DNA of 64,000 bases from a virus, in IMG/VR virus record IMGVR_UViG_3300045988_092126; one strand, 5' to 3'. The stretch's first letter is position 1; the number at the start of each line of letters is the position of its first letter. The notes under the pieces were generated by a model. The model saw nothing but the letters and a program-made list of their open reading frames with translations. It was not told where the DNA came from and searched no databases. Positions 1 through 7,018 of the stretch are shown one piece after another. Made by a program: the position numbers and the translations under genes.

Positions 1-192
1 AATGATAATGTTTGAGGTAAAAATAGATGATTAATGGTTGCCTACAAACAAACCTGTGATTTAATTTTTTCCCAAAAAACAAAAAAAAGAGTTCCTCATG
101 GCAGGGATAGTGATTGCAACATGACAAGCCATAAGCCTTAATGGTTTCTCTGCCATAAATAACAAGGCGATATCAGAAAGGCAGGTATAAAC

Positions 193-570
193 ATGAGAAT
201 AGGGTATGCTAGAAACTCAAAAATTTGGTTTTCACTTTCGGATAAGGAAAAGATTCTCTCACATGAGAATGTAGATATACTTGTCCGCGACTTAGAAGAT
301 GAAGAAAATTTTAAAGCTCTTTGTTGCAAAATGAAAAAGGGAGATTTGCTTATTGTCTGTGGAGTGGATGATATTGGAAGTACCAGGAATGAAATCGAAG
401 ATACATGGAGACAGATTCGCGACCTCGAAGTAGAGATTCACGTAATTACAGCTCCAGCGCTGCTTCAAAAAGAGAATATGACTCTTGATGAATTACTGAT
501 AAGAGACGTTACGCTTAGCGTGCTGGCTTTCCAAGTTGAGATTGCCAATCAGAAACTTAAAGAATTATAA
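193..570 (+). CDS. Resolvase-like (serine recombinase catalytic domain) protein, apparently degenerate, no DNA-binding domain
   Basis: 125 aa ORF. MRIGYARNS...GDLLIVCGVDDIGS follows the resolvase pattern GYxRVS...GDxLVVxxLDRLGR, but the DRLGR arginines are substituted and no C-terminal HTH follows. Confidence 0.55.
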   Translation: MRIGYARNSKIWFSLSDKEKILSHENVDILVRDLEDEENFKALCCKMKKGDLLIVCGVDDIGSTRNEIEDTWRQIRDLEVEIHVITAPALLQKENMTLDELLIRDVTLSVLAFQVEIANQKLKEL

Positions 571-604
571 AGGTTCATATTTGATATGCAAGAAAGGCGA
601 AAAA

Positions 605-817
605 ATGAAACAGATCGTAAATAATGATGGATACCTGAGATCAGCGTTAATGGACGTAGCTAACCAGCTTTTAAATATTTGCAATGAAACAGGAACCACG
701 AATATTCAATTACTAACATCTTCTTGGGATGATAATAAAGGCATTACGCTTTTGGCAAAAGCAGGAGACAAACCGATTCTTTCAGTAAAGATGGACACTG
801 CCTATGAAAAAGAATAA
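605..817 (+). CDS. Hypothetical protein
   Basis: Internal ATG (MKQIVNNDG...) of track ORF 536..817. The upstream part overlaps the previous gene. Confidence 0.45.
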   Translation: MKQIVNNDGYLRSALMDVANQLLNICNETGTTNIQLLTSSWDDNKGITLLAKAGDKPILSVKMDTAYEKE

Positions 818-953
818 CTCTCAGGGCGAATCAATCAGAATCCGGCTCACATATCAGTTAGAGCAAAAGCTCATTACCGAGAAGAACAGAACCGGCAAGA
901 GCGTGTCGCAAATTACCAGAGAAGCATTGGAACAATACTTCCGAAAGAGGTAG
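804..953 (+). CDS. Ribbon-helix-helix (CopG/Arc-like) small DNA-binding protein
   Basis: 49 aa, below the ORF-track cutoff, read by eye: MKKNNSQGESIRIRLTYQLEQKLITEKNRTGKSVSQITREALEQYFRKR. A beta strand followed by two helices is typical of RHH proteins. The ATG overlaps the end of the upstream ORF. Confidence 0.55.
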   Translation: MKKNNSQGESIRIRLTYQLEQKLITEKNRTGKSVSQITREALEQYFRKR

Positions 954-1003
954 TTAATATCTCAACCTCAAAAATTTTCCAAAAAATAAAAAAGGGGTTC
1001 AAT

Positions 1004-1324
1004 ATGACAGAAGAATACAGTGAGCGTTTCGACCAGCTTCGGAAGAACCGAGTTGAAACCAGCTTTTATAAATATGGTCCAGCGAAGAAAAACTTTCAGA
1101 CCGGAAACGTACAGGCACTTCCTACAATGGAACGGTGCATTGAAAAATATAATTCCACTGGGAATACAGAATACCTTGTGGACGCGGCAAACTACCTAAT
1201 GTTCGAATTCATGTACCCGCAACATCCTAAAGCACACTTTAAAGCTACAGACAGCAAGGATAGTGCCGGGATAGTCGGAATCAGTGTAAAAGAAATGGAG
1301 GACTTGAAGAATGAACAGTATTGA
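1004..1324 (+). CDS. Hypothetical protein
   Basis: 106 aa ORF in an operon-like + strand series. No motif recognised. Confidence 0.65.
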   Translation: MTEEYSERFDQLRKNRVETSFYKYGPAKKNFQTGNVQALPTMERCIEKYNSTGNTEYLVDAANYLMFEFMYPQHPKAHFKATDSKDSAGIVGISVKEMEDLKNEQY

Positions 1325-1691
1325 CCCAGTATATTATGCATATGTAATGGATGAAACAGCGATTTTCACAAGAGAAAAACCAGACCCTGGAAAAATTCAA
1401 GGATACGTGATATTTAAAGCAAATAAAGTCAAAGTTCTTTTGGGGAACGCGACAGCGTGTGAAGATCTGAATGGAGATGTGAAGATTGACCTTTCAAAAC
1501 AGAAACTAACCGACGCAGTAGCCATTTTAAGGCACGAACTTCTTACACATGGAGAAGTTTACAATGGCTTCAAAGCAAGCCTTAAAACAGCAATTGAGAA
1601 GTATTGTACCTGCGGTTTACCATTCGAACCAGAAGAAGAAACTGCCGGTAAGATTCTTGATTTCATGATCGGAGAGGAACAAAGAGAATGA
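1311..1691 (+). CDS. Hypothetical protein
   Basis: 126 aa ORF overlapping the previous stop by 14 nt. Confidence 0.65.
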   Translation: MNSIDPVYYAYVMDETAIFTREKPDPGKIQGYVIFKANKVKVLLGNATACEDLNGDVKIDLSKQKLTDAVAILRHELLTHGEVYNGFKASLKTAIEKYCTCGLPFEPEEETAGKILDFMIGEEQRE

Positions 1692-1864
1692 TTTTAGCAA
1701 AATTCGTAGCAGCCATGTTAGATATTGCATTTTTCACATTGGTCTTGGCATTCCTTATATCACAGGACGAAGTCGAAAAGAAAAGCAATCCAATAGCTTC
1801 AGCAATATTTATATTAATGGAAATATGTTTCGCAGCTAATGCAGTTGTGATTTTTAGATTATAA
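1688..1864 (+). CDS. Small membrane protein (58 aa)
   Basis: Read by eye. ATGA start/stop overlap with the upstream gene. MILAKFVAAMLDIAFFTLVLAFLIS...ICFAANAVVIFRL has two hydrophobic segments. Confidence 0.45.
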   Translation: MILAKFVAAMLDIAFFTLVLAFLISQDEVEKKSNPIASAIFILMEICFAANAVVIFRL

Positions 1865-1874
1865 GGAGAACCCA

Positions 1875-2012
1875 ATGTGGTTAGCATTCACAATACAAAT
1901 TCCCCTGTTCACTATACTGATTGAACGGGTGAAAATACAAGAAAATCAGAAACCTGCCGTTCTCAGGTTAGGGAAAGCCTTTGAATCTGACAGGTCGAGG
2001 CATCCAGAGTAG
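1875..2012 (+). CDS. Small ORF (45 aa), hypothetical
   Basis: AAGGAGA RBS 6 nt upstream of the ATG. MWLAFTIQIPLFTILIERV... Confidence 0.3.
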   Translation: MWLAFTIQIPLFTILIERVKIQENQKPAVLRLGKAFESDRSRHPE

Positions 2013-2169
2013 CTTAGGTCTGCGTTGGTGAAACTCAATGGAATATAATATAATTTTTTCCCACCCATTGCAAAGTAACTGGCGCGGACTTAACAATATT
2101 AATAGCTATGATGCTTTCTAAAACCACCAGAATATATCACATTTCCGGGAACGCCAACCCGGAAAGTAA

Positions 2170-2241
2170 TGGGCTATCGCCAAGCGGTAAGGCTCAGCAC
2201 TTTGACTGCTGAATTCGTGGGTTCGAATCCCACTAGCCTAG
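2170..2241 (+). tRNA. tRNA-Gln (anticodon TTG)
   Basis: TGGGCTATCGCCAAGCGGTAAGGCTCAGCACTTTGACTGCTGAATTCGTGGGTTCGAATCCCACTAGCCTAG. It has a U1-A72 pair, a 3 bp D stem and a CTTTGAC anticodon loop, close to the classical bacterial tRNA-Gln pattern. No CCA is encoded. Confidence 0.85.
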
Positions 2242-2279
2242 TTAGCTATATCATTGGCATGATATAGTTCCTCTGAAAT

Positions 2280-2333
2280 ACCATCTATCCCATCAGGGGA
2301 TGAATAAAGGGGCTTCAAACGTCCCGGATGGTT
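2280..2333 (+). ncRNA. Truncated tRNA-like mini-element (acceptor stem + one hairpin + T-arm)
   Basis: ACCATCT/GGATGGT form a 7 bp acceptor-like stem. There is a T-arm-like GGGGC-TTCAAAC-GTCCC and an internal hairpin ATCCC-ATCA-GGGGAT. No D arm is present. Confidence 0.25.
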
Positions 2334-2355
2334 TCCACATTTTGTGGAGCAGCGG

Positions 2356-2415
2356 ACCCTTTGTTGCGACTGTGAGGGTAAGAATCGCAACAGTGGAGAT
2401 AGTCAGAATCTCCAC
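2356..2415 (+). other. Possible H-type pseudoknot followed by an 8 bp hairpin in the tRNA spacer
   Basis: Interleaved stems ACCCT(2356-60)/AGGGT(2375-79) and GTTGCGA(2363-69)/TCGCAAC(2385-91). These are followed by GTGGAGAT-agtcaga-ATCTCCAC. Confidence 0.3.
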
Positions 2416-2418
2416 TCA

Positions 2419-2492
2419 GGAAGTTTAGCTCAATTGGTCAGAGCATTCGGCTCATAACCGAAAGGTTCCGGGTTCGAGTCCAGGAACTTCCA
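2419..2492 (+). tRNA. tRNA-Met or tRNA-Ile2 (anticodon CAT), elongator type
   Basis: Acceptor GGAAGTT/AACTTCC, D arm GCTC-AATTGGTCA-GAGC, anticodon loop CTCATAA, T loop TTCGAGT with one G-A mismatch in the T stem. The G1-C72 pair means it is not initiator-like. Confidence 0.8.
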
Positions 2493-2814
2493 TTACTTCT
2501 ATTAATGCCGCCCGAGCCGTTATCCGGGTGGAAAAACTTATCAGAATTATGACGTTGGCGACTATGATGACCACGATACGGCGTGCAGATCACGTAGAAC
2601 CATTTCCATTTTCTGATAGCGTTCCAGAGTTTTAAAGATTGCGCACGAATCTTGGAGTTTTAAGGAATGTAAAAAGGAAATCCGGCGTTCTTCCCGTATT
2701 TCTAAAAAAAACAAATATCCGAAACAACTCCGTGAATCCAGACGCGGTTATTAAATTGGATAGTGGAAAGCATAACACGATAAACCTATTGCTAACCGGC
2801 GAATTGCCGGTTCT

Positions 2815-2897
2815 GGGAGAATATTCCGTAGAGGTAGCGGTGCAGACTGTAAATCTGTTGCCTTCGGGCTCGGGTGGTTCGACTCCATCTTCTCCCA
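2815..2897 (+). tRNA. tRNA-Tyr (anticodon GTA), long variable arm
   Basis: Acceptor GGGAGAA/TTCTCCC, anticodon arm GCAGA-CTGTAAA-TCTGT, variable arm GCC-TTCG-GGC, T arm GGTGG-TTCGACT-CCATC. The D stem is weak (about 3 bp). Confidence 0.75.
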
Positions 2898-2899
2898 TT

Positions 2900-2971
2900 C
2901 GCAGGATAGAGAAGTGGAATCTCACAAGGCTCATAACCTTGAGATCGGCGGTTCAAATCCGCCTCCTGCAA
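2900..2971 (+). tRNA. Initiator-like tRNA-Met (anticodon CAT) with C1-A72 mismatch
   Basis: C1 opposite A72, then 6 perfect acceptor pairs. D stem GAGA/TCTC gives A11-T24. Anticodon loop is CTCATAA with two G-C pairs closing the stem. T arm is GGCGG-TTCAAAT-CCGCC. Confidence 0.7.
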
Positions 2972-2974
2972 TTC

Positions 2975-3045
2975 GTGGAATGTACGCTAGTGGCAAACTG
3001 ACAGAGTCGCGCTCTGGTCTCCGGTTCGATTCCGGACGTTCCACT
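2975..3045 (+). pseudogene. Degenerate tRNA-like element (no canonical D arm or anticodon loop)
   Basis: Good acceptor (GTGGAAT/GTTCCAC) and T arm (TCCGG-TTCGATT-CCGGA). There is one extra nt before the 3' acceptor strand, the D stem is unpaired, and the middle folds as CAGAG-TCGCG-CTCTG, or as a 4 bp stem with loop GTCGCGC. Confidence 0.4.
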
Positions 3046-3104
3046 TTAATCCGCTTAGAATTATGCTATTTGTACACAGGCGGTCTATGGCTCAGGTGGA
3101 TTAT

Positions 3105-3176
3105 TGAAGTATAGCTCAGTGGTAGAGCAGTGGTCTCCAAAATCACGTGCCGAGGGTTCGATTCCTTCTGCTTCAG
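3105..3176 (+). tRNA. tRNA-Trp (anticodon CCA)
   Basis: Clean cloverleaf: TGAAGTA/TGCTTCA, GCTC-AGTGGTA-GAGC, GTGGT-CTCCAAA-ATCAC, GAGGG-TTCGATT-CCTTC, discriminator G. Confidence 0.85.
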
Positions 3177-3208
3177 TTCCGATGAATTGCAATCATTGGA
3201 ATTTTTTT
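3177..3208 (+). terminator. Intrinsic terminator closing the tRNA cluster
   Basis: TTCCGATGA-attgcaa-TCATTGGAA (9 bp, one G-U) followed by TTTTTTT. Confidence 0.7.
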
Positions 3209-3307
3209 CTCTTACTTCGTTCGGTTCCAGTGTTTCTCGTTGGGAGATTTATGCCGTTCAAGTCGGCACACTGGACTTTTTTAAATTTAAAAGCAGGAGG
3301 ATGAACG

Positions 3308-3715
3308 TTGAAAGAAAAAACCGGAATATTATATATAGCTGTAAACCATGAGGATTCCGAGTGGTTTTTGCATACATTAAAAAGTAGATTATTTGGTTCT
3401 ACAAATGCGATATTAAACCGCAATGTTATGACATTAGAAACAAATAATTACATTGTCGAAACAATCACTTTATTTAATCACACATGGGATAGCCGATCAT
3501 ATCCGGCAGAAGCGTTTTTACTTAGTAGTAAGCCTTTTGAAACACAAATACCAAGAATCAAAATCCTGTCAAATGAATTTTCAAGAATAGAAACCAAATT
3601 AGCTATTAATGCAAAAGAAATCGACATGGAACAGCTTGTACATGCGCTAAATCATGATATTGTTCCGTATACGGAAAATCGTAGCATATGGGAGAAAAAT
3701 TTAAAATGCAAATAG
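3308..3715 (+). CDS. Hypothetical protein (TTG start)
   Basis: 135 aa ORF. AGGAGG lies 7 nt upstream of the TTG. Confidence 0.6.
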   Translation: MKEKTGILYIAVNHEDSEWFLHTLKSRLFGSTNAILNRNVMTLETNNYIVETITLFNHTWDSRSYPAEAFLLSSKPFETQIPRIKILSNEFSRIETKLAINAKEIDMEQLVHALNHDIVPYTENRSIWEKNLKCK

Positions 3716-3867
3716 CAGGCAAAGAAATTAAAGATGAATGTTCTAAATGCGGAAACATCCTTGGATGCGAATTGTTCCGTCAAGGACATGGAATAAAGCA
3801 AGAACGTGAAAATATAGCAAAGATGATCGAGTGTCAGATGAAGCATAGGGAGGAAAGAGAGAAATGA
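3706..3867 (+). CDS. Small Cys-containing protein (53 aa)
   Basis: Read by eye: MQIAGKEIKDECSKCGNILGCELF... Its stop overlaps the next start (ATGA). Confidence 0.45.
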   Translation: MQIAGKEIKDECSKCGNILGCELFRQGHGIKQERENIAKMIECQMKHREEREK

Positions 3868-4571
3868 ACGAACTGAAAGTATTGAACGAGCAGGAAGTAT
3901 TGGGAAAACAGTTTTGCGTTTACGGAACAGCAGAAGAACCGTTGTTTGTGGCCAATGATGTAGCTGATTGGATTGAACATAGCAACGTAACGGAAATGCT
4001 TAGGGGCATTGACGATGATGAAAAGCTGGTCTCAACAATTCTTAGGGCAGGTCAGAACAGGCAAATGAATATGCTTACCGAGAATGGACTTTATGAAGTC
4101 CTGATGCAGTCAAGAAAGCCAATCGCAAAACAGTTTAAGAAAGAAGTTAAAGAGATTCTGAAGACTATCCGTAAGCATGGCATATATGCCACGGACAATG
4201 TCATTGATAATATTCTGAATAATCCAGATTTCGGCATCGAACTTCTGACCAAACTGAAAGAAGAACGTGCTGCGAGAGTGAAAGCCGAGAGAAAGAATGC
4301 TATTTTGATGCACGTAAATAAGACATATACTATTACTGAGATTGCAAAAGAACTGGGACTGAAATCAGCAATACAGCTAAATCGGATTCTGGCAGAGAAA
4401 AAGATACAGTATCAGGTAAATGGTACATGGGTGATGTTTTCGCAGTATAGCAATTGTGGGTACGAAGAAATCAAACAGGAAGTTCTGGATTCTGGAAGAG
4501 TAATCTATCACAGGCGAATCACACAGATGGGACGAGAGTTTATTCTTGAGTTGTTCGAGAAGACAGCTTGA
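3864..4571 (+). CDS. Phage antirepressor, Bro-N-like N-terminus + KilAC-like C-terminus
   Basis: The N-terminal part (...EEPLFVANDVADWIEHSN...GLYEVLMQSRKPIAKQFKKEV) matches the Bro-N pattern. The C-terminal part (ITEIAKELGLKSAIQLNRILAEKKIQY...) matches the KilAC pattern. Confidence 0.75.
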   Translation: MNELKVLNEQEVLGKQFCVYGTAEEPLFVANDVADWIEHSNVTEMLRGIDDDEKLVSTILRAGQNRQMNMLTENGLYEVLMQSRKPIAKQFKKEVKEILKTIRKHGIYATDNVIDNILNNPDFGIELLTKLKEERAARVKAERKNAILMHVNKTYTITEIAKELGLKSAIQLNRILAEKKIQYQVNGTWVMFSQYSNCGYEEIKQEVLDSGRVIYHRRITQMGREFILELFEKTA

Positions 4572-4590
4572 TTGATAAAGGAGGATTGCC

Positions 4591-4800
4591 ATGATTAAGA
4601 TTTTGAAACCTGGTACATTAAAAGAAGCAACTTGTAACAAATGCGGTGCAGTATTGAGCTATGACGAGTCCGAAGATGTGAAAGATGAAAATATAGAGAA
4701 TCATTTTGCTACAAATATGCCATCTGGATTCGGGTACAAGAGAAAATACATCATTTGCCCGCAGTGTAAGAATAAAATCATTTTAAGTTCGACCAGATAG
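4591..4800 (+). CDS. Zinc-ribbon mini-protein
   Basis: 69 aa with CNKCG...CPQCK (two CxxC pairs). Confidence 0.6.
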   Translation: MIKILKPGTLKEATCNKCGAVLSYDESEDVKDENIENHFATNMPSGFGYKRKYIICPQCKNKIILSSTR

Positions 4801-4814
4801 GGACATATTCGCTT

Positions 4815-5039
4815 ATGAGAATCAATTATTCAGGTACCGATATTGGATTTTTTGATACTGTATATAATCTTGAGGGAGAATGCCATCGAATGAACATCCC
4901 GACCAGATTTTATCCAGACAAGCATGTGCTTCTGGCAGGAAACACTGTTTTATTTCATAAAAATCCAGAATGTTCGGATTACATCGGAGATAACTACGAA
5001 ACAATTTTCACCTTAGTAAGAAAGGATAACGGGAAATGA
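4815..5039 (+). CDS. Hypothetical protein
   Basis: 74 aa ORF in the same operon. Confidence 0.5.
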   Translation: MRINYSGTDIGFFDTVYNLEGECHRMNIPTRFYPDKHVLLAGNTVLFHKNPECSDYIGDNYETIFTLVRKDNGK

Positions 5040-5269
5040 GTATTAAAACAGCACTTGAATCAGAGGGAGTAGACTTCTCTGAATATATGAATATACCAGA
5101 GCCATGGGATGGCTCAGCACAAATTAAAATGGAAAATGGTACAAAGTGGGTGATTTGCCCGTTTTGCGGAAAGAAAGCCTTAAAGATTTTCCCAACCACA
5201 AAGATTTATCGGATGCCGTATAAATGTAAGGGAAGCAACTGTAAGAAAGAATTTGTGGTGAATGTATGA
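5036..5269 (+). CDS. Zinc-ribbon protein (cysteine-rich KTR/Com-like pattern)
   Basis: WVICPFCGKKALKIFPTTKIYRMPYKCKGSNCKKEF. Confidence 0.5.
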   Translation: MSIKTALESEGVDFSEYMNIPEPWDGSAQIKMENGTKWVICPFCGKKALKIFPTTKIYRMPYKCKGSNCKKEFVVNV

Positions 5270-5448
5270 ATAAAAAAAGAATCAAATGCTTTCTAACAGG
5301 CGGATGCAAGTTCAAAAGTTCAGATACAGAATCAAAATGTGACGATAAAGAAAAGACTTGCACTATTACGGAAACTTGCTACAAATGCGGGAAAAAGTAT
5401 ACAGCCATATTTACTTATAAGCAGTTAGGGATTCCGGATTGGAGATGA
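5266..5448 (+). CDS. Cys-rich mini-protein
   Basis: 60 aa, includes CYKCGKK. Confidence 0.45.
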   Translation: MNKKRIKCFLTGGCKFKSSDTESKCDDKEKTCTITETCYKCGKKYTAIFTYKQLGIPDWR

Positions 5449-5452
5449 TTGA

Positions 5453-5656
5453 ATGAAACTACCAGAATGCGACCACGATTTTGAAGAATGCGAGATATTT
5501 AATCCGTATAATTATAATTTAAAGGAATTCAAATTACGCGATTCCAATCAACGTTTCCACCCGTATTATTGCAAAAAGTGTGGAATACTTATCTTAAAAA
5601 GAGCAACTAATAACGCACGAGGAATAGACAAATTTTTATGGGAGGATGAATTATGA
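5453..5656 (+). CDS. Zinc-ribbon mini-protein
   Basis: 67 aa with CDHDFEEC...CKKCG. Confidence 0.5.
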   Translation: MKLPECDHDFEECEIFNPYNYNLKEFKLRDSNQRFHPYYCKKCGILILKRATNNARGIDKFLWEDEL

Positions 5657-6201
5657 AAAACACATGGAAAGTATTATTAATTTTGTTTGCAGGAATTTTA
5701 GCAATTGCAATATTCGGAATCTTTGGAGTGCAGAGTTTTCAGAATCATGCGATAGCATTGGAAGAGCAGGTGGAATCAGCATCTTCGGATATCAAGATAC
5801 AGGAGAAGCGTAGAGTTGATCTGGTATATAATCTTGCAGATTGTGTGAAGCAATACGATAAGCATGAAAGCGAAACATTAAAAGCTATTGTTTCCGGAAG
5901 GACTTCTGGTTCGAATGATATTGAGAATGTTACTACTGCAATTTCAGCTGTGAGTGAAGCGTACCCAGAGTTGAAATCTTCTGATAACTATAAGCAACTT
6001 ATGACAGAACTTTCCTTGACAGAGAATCTTATTGCAGAATACAGGGAGAATTACAATAAATCAGTCAAAGCATATCGAAAATATGTGAAAGCATTTCCGC
6101 AGAGATCATTCTTGAATATGCTCGGATATGATAAAAAAGAATTTGAATTGCTTGATTTCGACACACCAGAATCGGCACCGCAGAATCTGTTTGAGGAATA
6201 G
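5653..6201 (+). CDS. lemA: LemA family membrane protein
   Basis: N-terminal TM segment followed by ...LEEQVESASSDIKIQEKRRVDLVYNLADCVKQY..HESETLKAIV..R, which is the LemA pattern. Confidence 0.75.
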   Translation: MKNTWKVLLILFAGILAIAIFGIFGVQSFQNHAIALEEQVESASSDIKIQEKRRVDLVYNLADCVKQYDKHESETLKAIVSGRTSGSNDIENVTTAISAVSEAYPELKSSDNYKQLMTELSLTENLIAEYRENYNKSVKAYRKYVKAFPQRSFLNMLGYDKKEFELLDFDTPESAPQNLFEE

Positions 6202-6205
6202 AGAT

Positions 6206-6952
6206 ATGAAGACGAAAAGAGGTTGGGATTTTGGAAATTTTGAGGTTACTAAGAGAGAAATTATTGCTAGCATTTCAATCATTGCAGTAATGCTTCTTAT
6301 AGGAACATTGATTTCTTCCAAAATATCTGACTGGCAGATAAATCAAAATGATAAATACAATAAAGCTGTAAAAATTCAATCCACAGATTTGTTTCAGTAT
6401 GGAATGGAGACTAACGTCGGTAATGCTTTTGTGTATGGCAAATTAAAGGCTGTAGATACAGTTACTTACCCAGAAATTAATGGCAAATACATGTATGTTA
6501 AGAAGGTTAAAGAAAAATATACCATGCACACCAGAAGAGTAGCACATAAATCTGGAAAAAGTACTTATTACACCACTGAAACTTATTGGACTTGGGATTA
6601 TGCAGGAAAAGAAAGCAAGACAGCTAAGAAAATAAATTTCTGCGGAATTGATTTTAAAAGCAATAAAATCGTTCTTCCAGATGACGAGTACATTGATACA
6701 GTAAAAGAGTCCAGTTATATCAGATACAAGTACTACGGAGTTGGAACGAAGTACAAAGGAACAATTTTTACGTCACTAAAAGACAAAACAATCAGTGATA
6801 AGACTAAATTTTACAACAACCAAAATATCGAAGAAACAGTAAAACTCTTAGAAACCGGAGTATGGTTAATTTTATTTCGTGTTTTATGGGCTATCTTGAC
6901 AGGAACGGTTGTTTTTGGATTTTATTACTTAGATAATGATTGGTTAGAATAA
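6206..6952 (+). CDS. Membrane protein, putative LemA partner
   Basis: Internal ATG (MKTKRGW...) of ORF 6128..6952. It has an N-terminal TM and a C-terminal double TM. No family recognised. Confidence 0.6.
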   Translation: MKTKRGWDFGNFEVTKREIIASISIIAVMLLIGTLISSKISDWQINQNDKYNKAVKIQSTDLFQYGMETNVGNAFVYGKLKAVDTVTYPEINGKYMYVKKVKEKYTMHTRRVAHKSGKSTYYTTETYWTWDYAGKESKTAKKINFCGIDFKSNKIVLPDDEYIDTVKESSYIRYKYYGVGTKYKGTIFTSLKDKTISDKTKFYNNQNIEETVKLLETGVWLILFRVLWAILTGTVVFGFYYLDNDWLE

Positions 6953-6971
6953 GCAGTCAAAGAGCCACATG

Positions 6972-7018
6972 AGAGCCAGACTAAATCCTAAAAAGAAAGG
7001 AGATCTGGCTCTATTTTT
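6972..7018 (+). promoter_or_regulatory. 9 bp hairpin with a T-run abutting the terL start; the only SD-like sequence lies in the loop
   Basis: AGAGCCAGA(6972-80)...aaaggag...TCTGGCTCT(7004-12) ATTTTT ATG(7019). Confidence 0.45.

Noticed and set aside
2632-3423. Track ORFs on both strands across the tRNA cluster (2632..2934 -, 2639..3001 +, 2914..3114 +, 3104..3304 +, 3130..3351 +, 3193..3423 -).
   Set aside because: They are read through tRNA genes and structured spacers, have no RBS, and their sequences look like translated tRNA.
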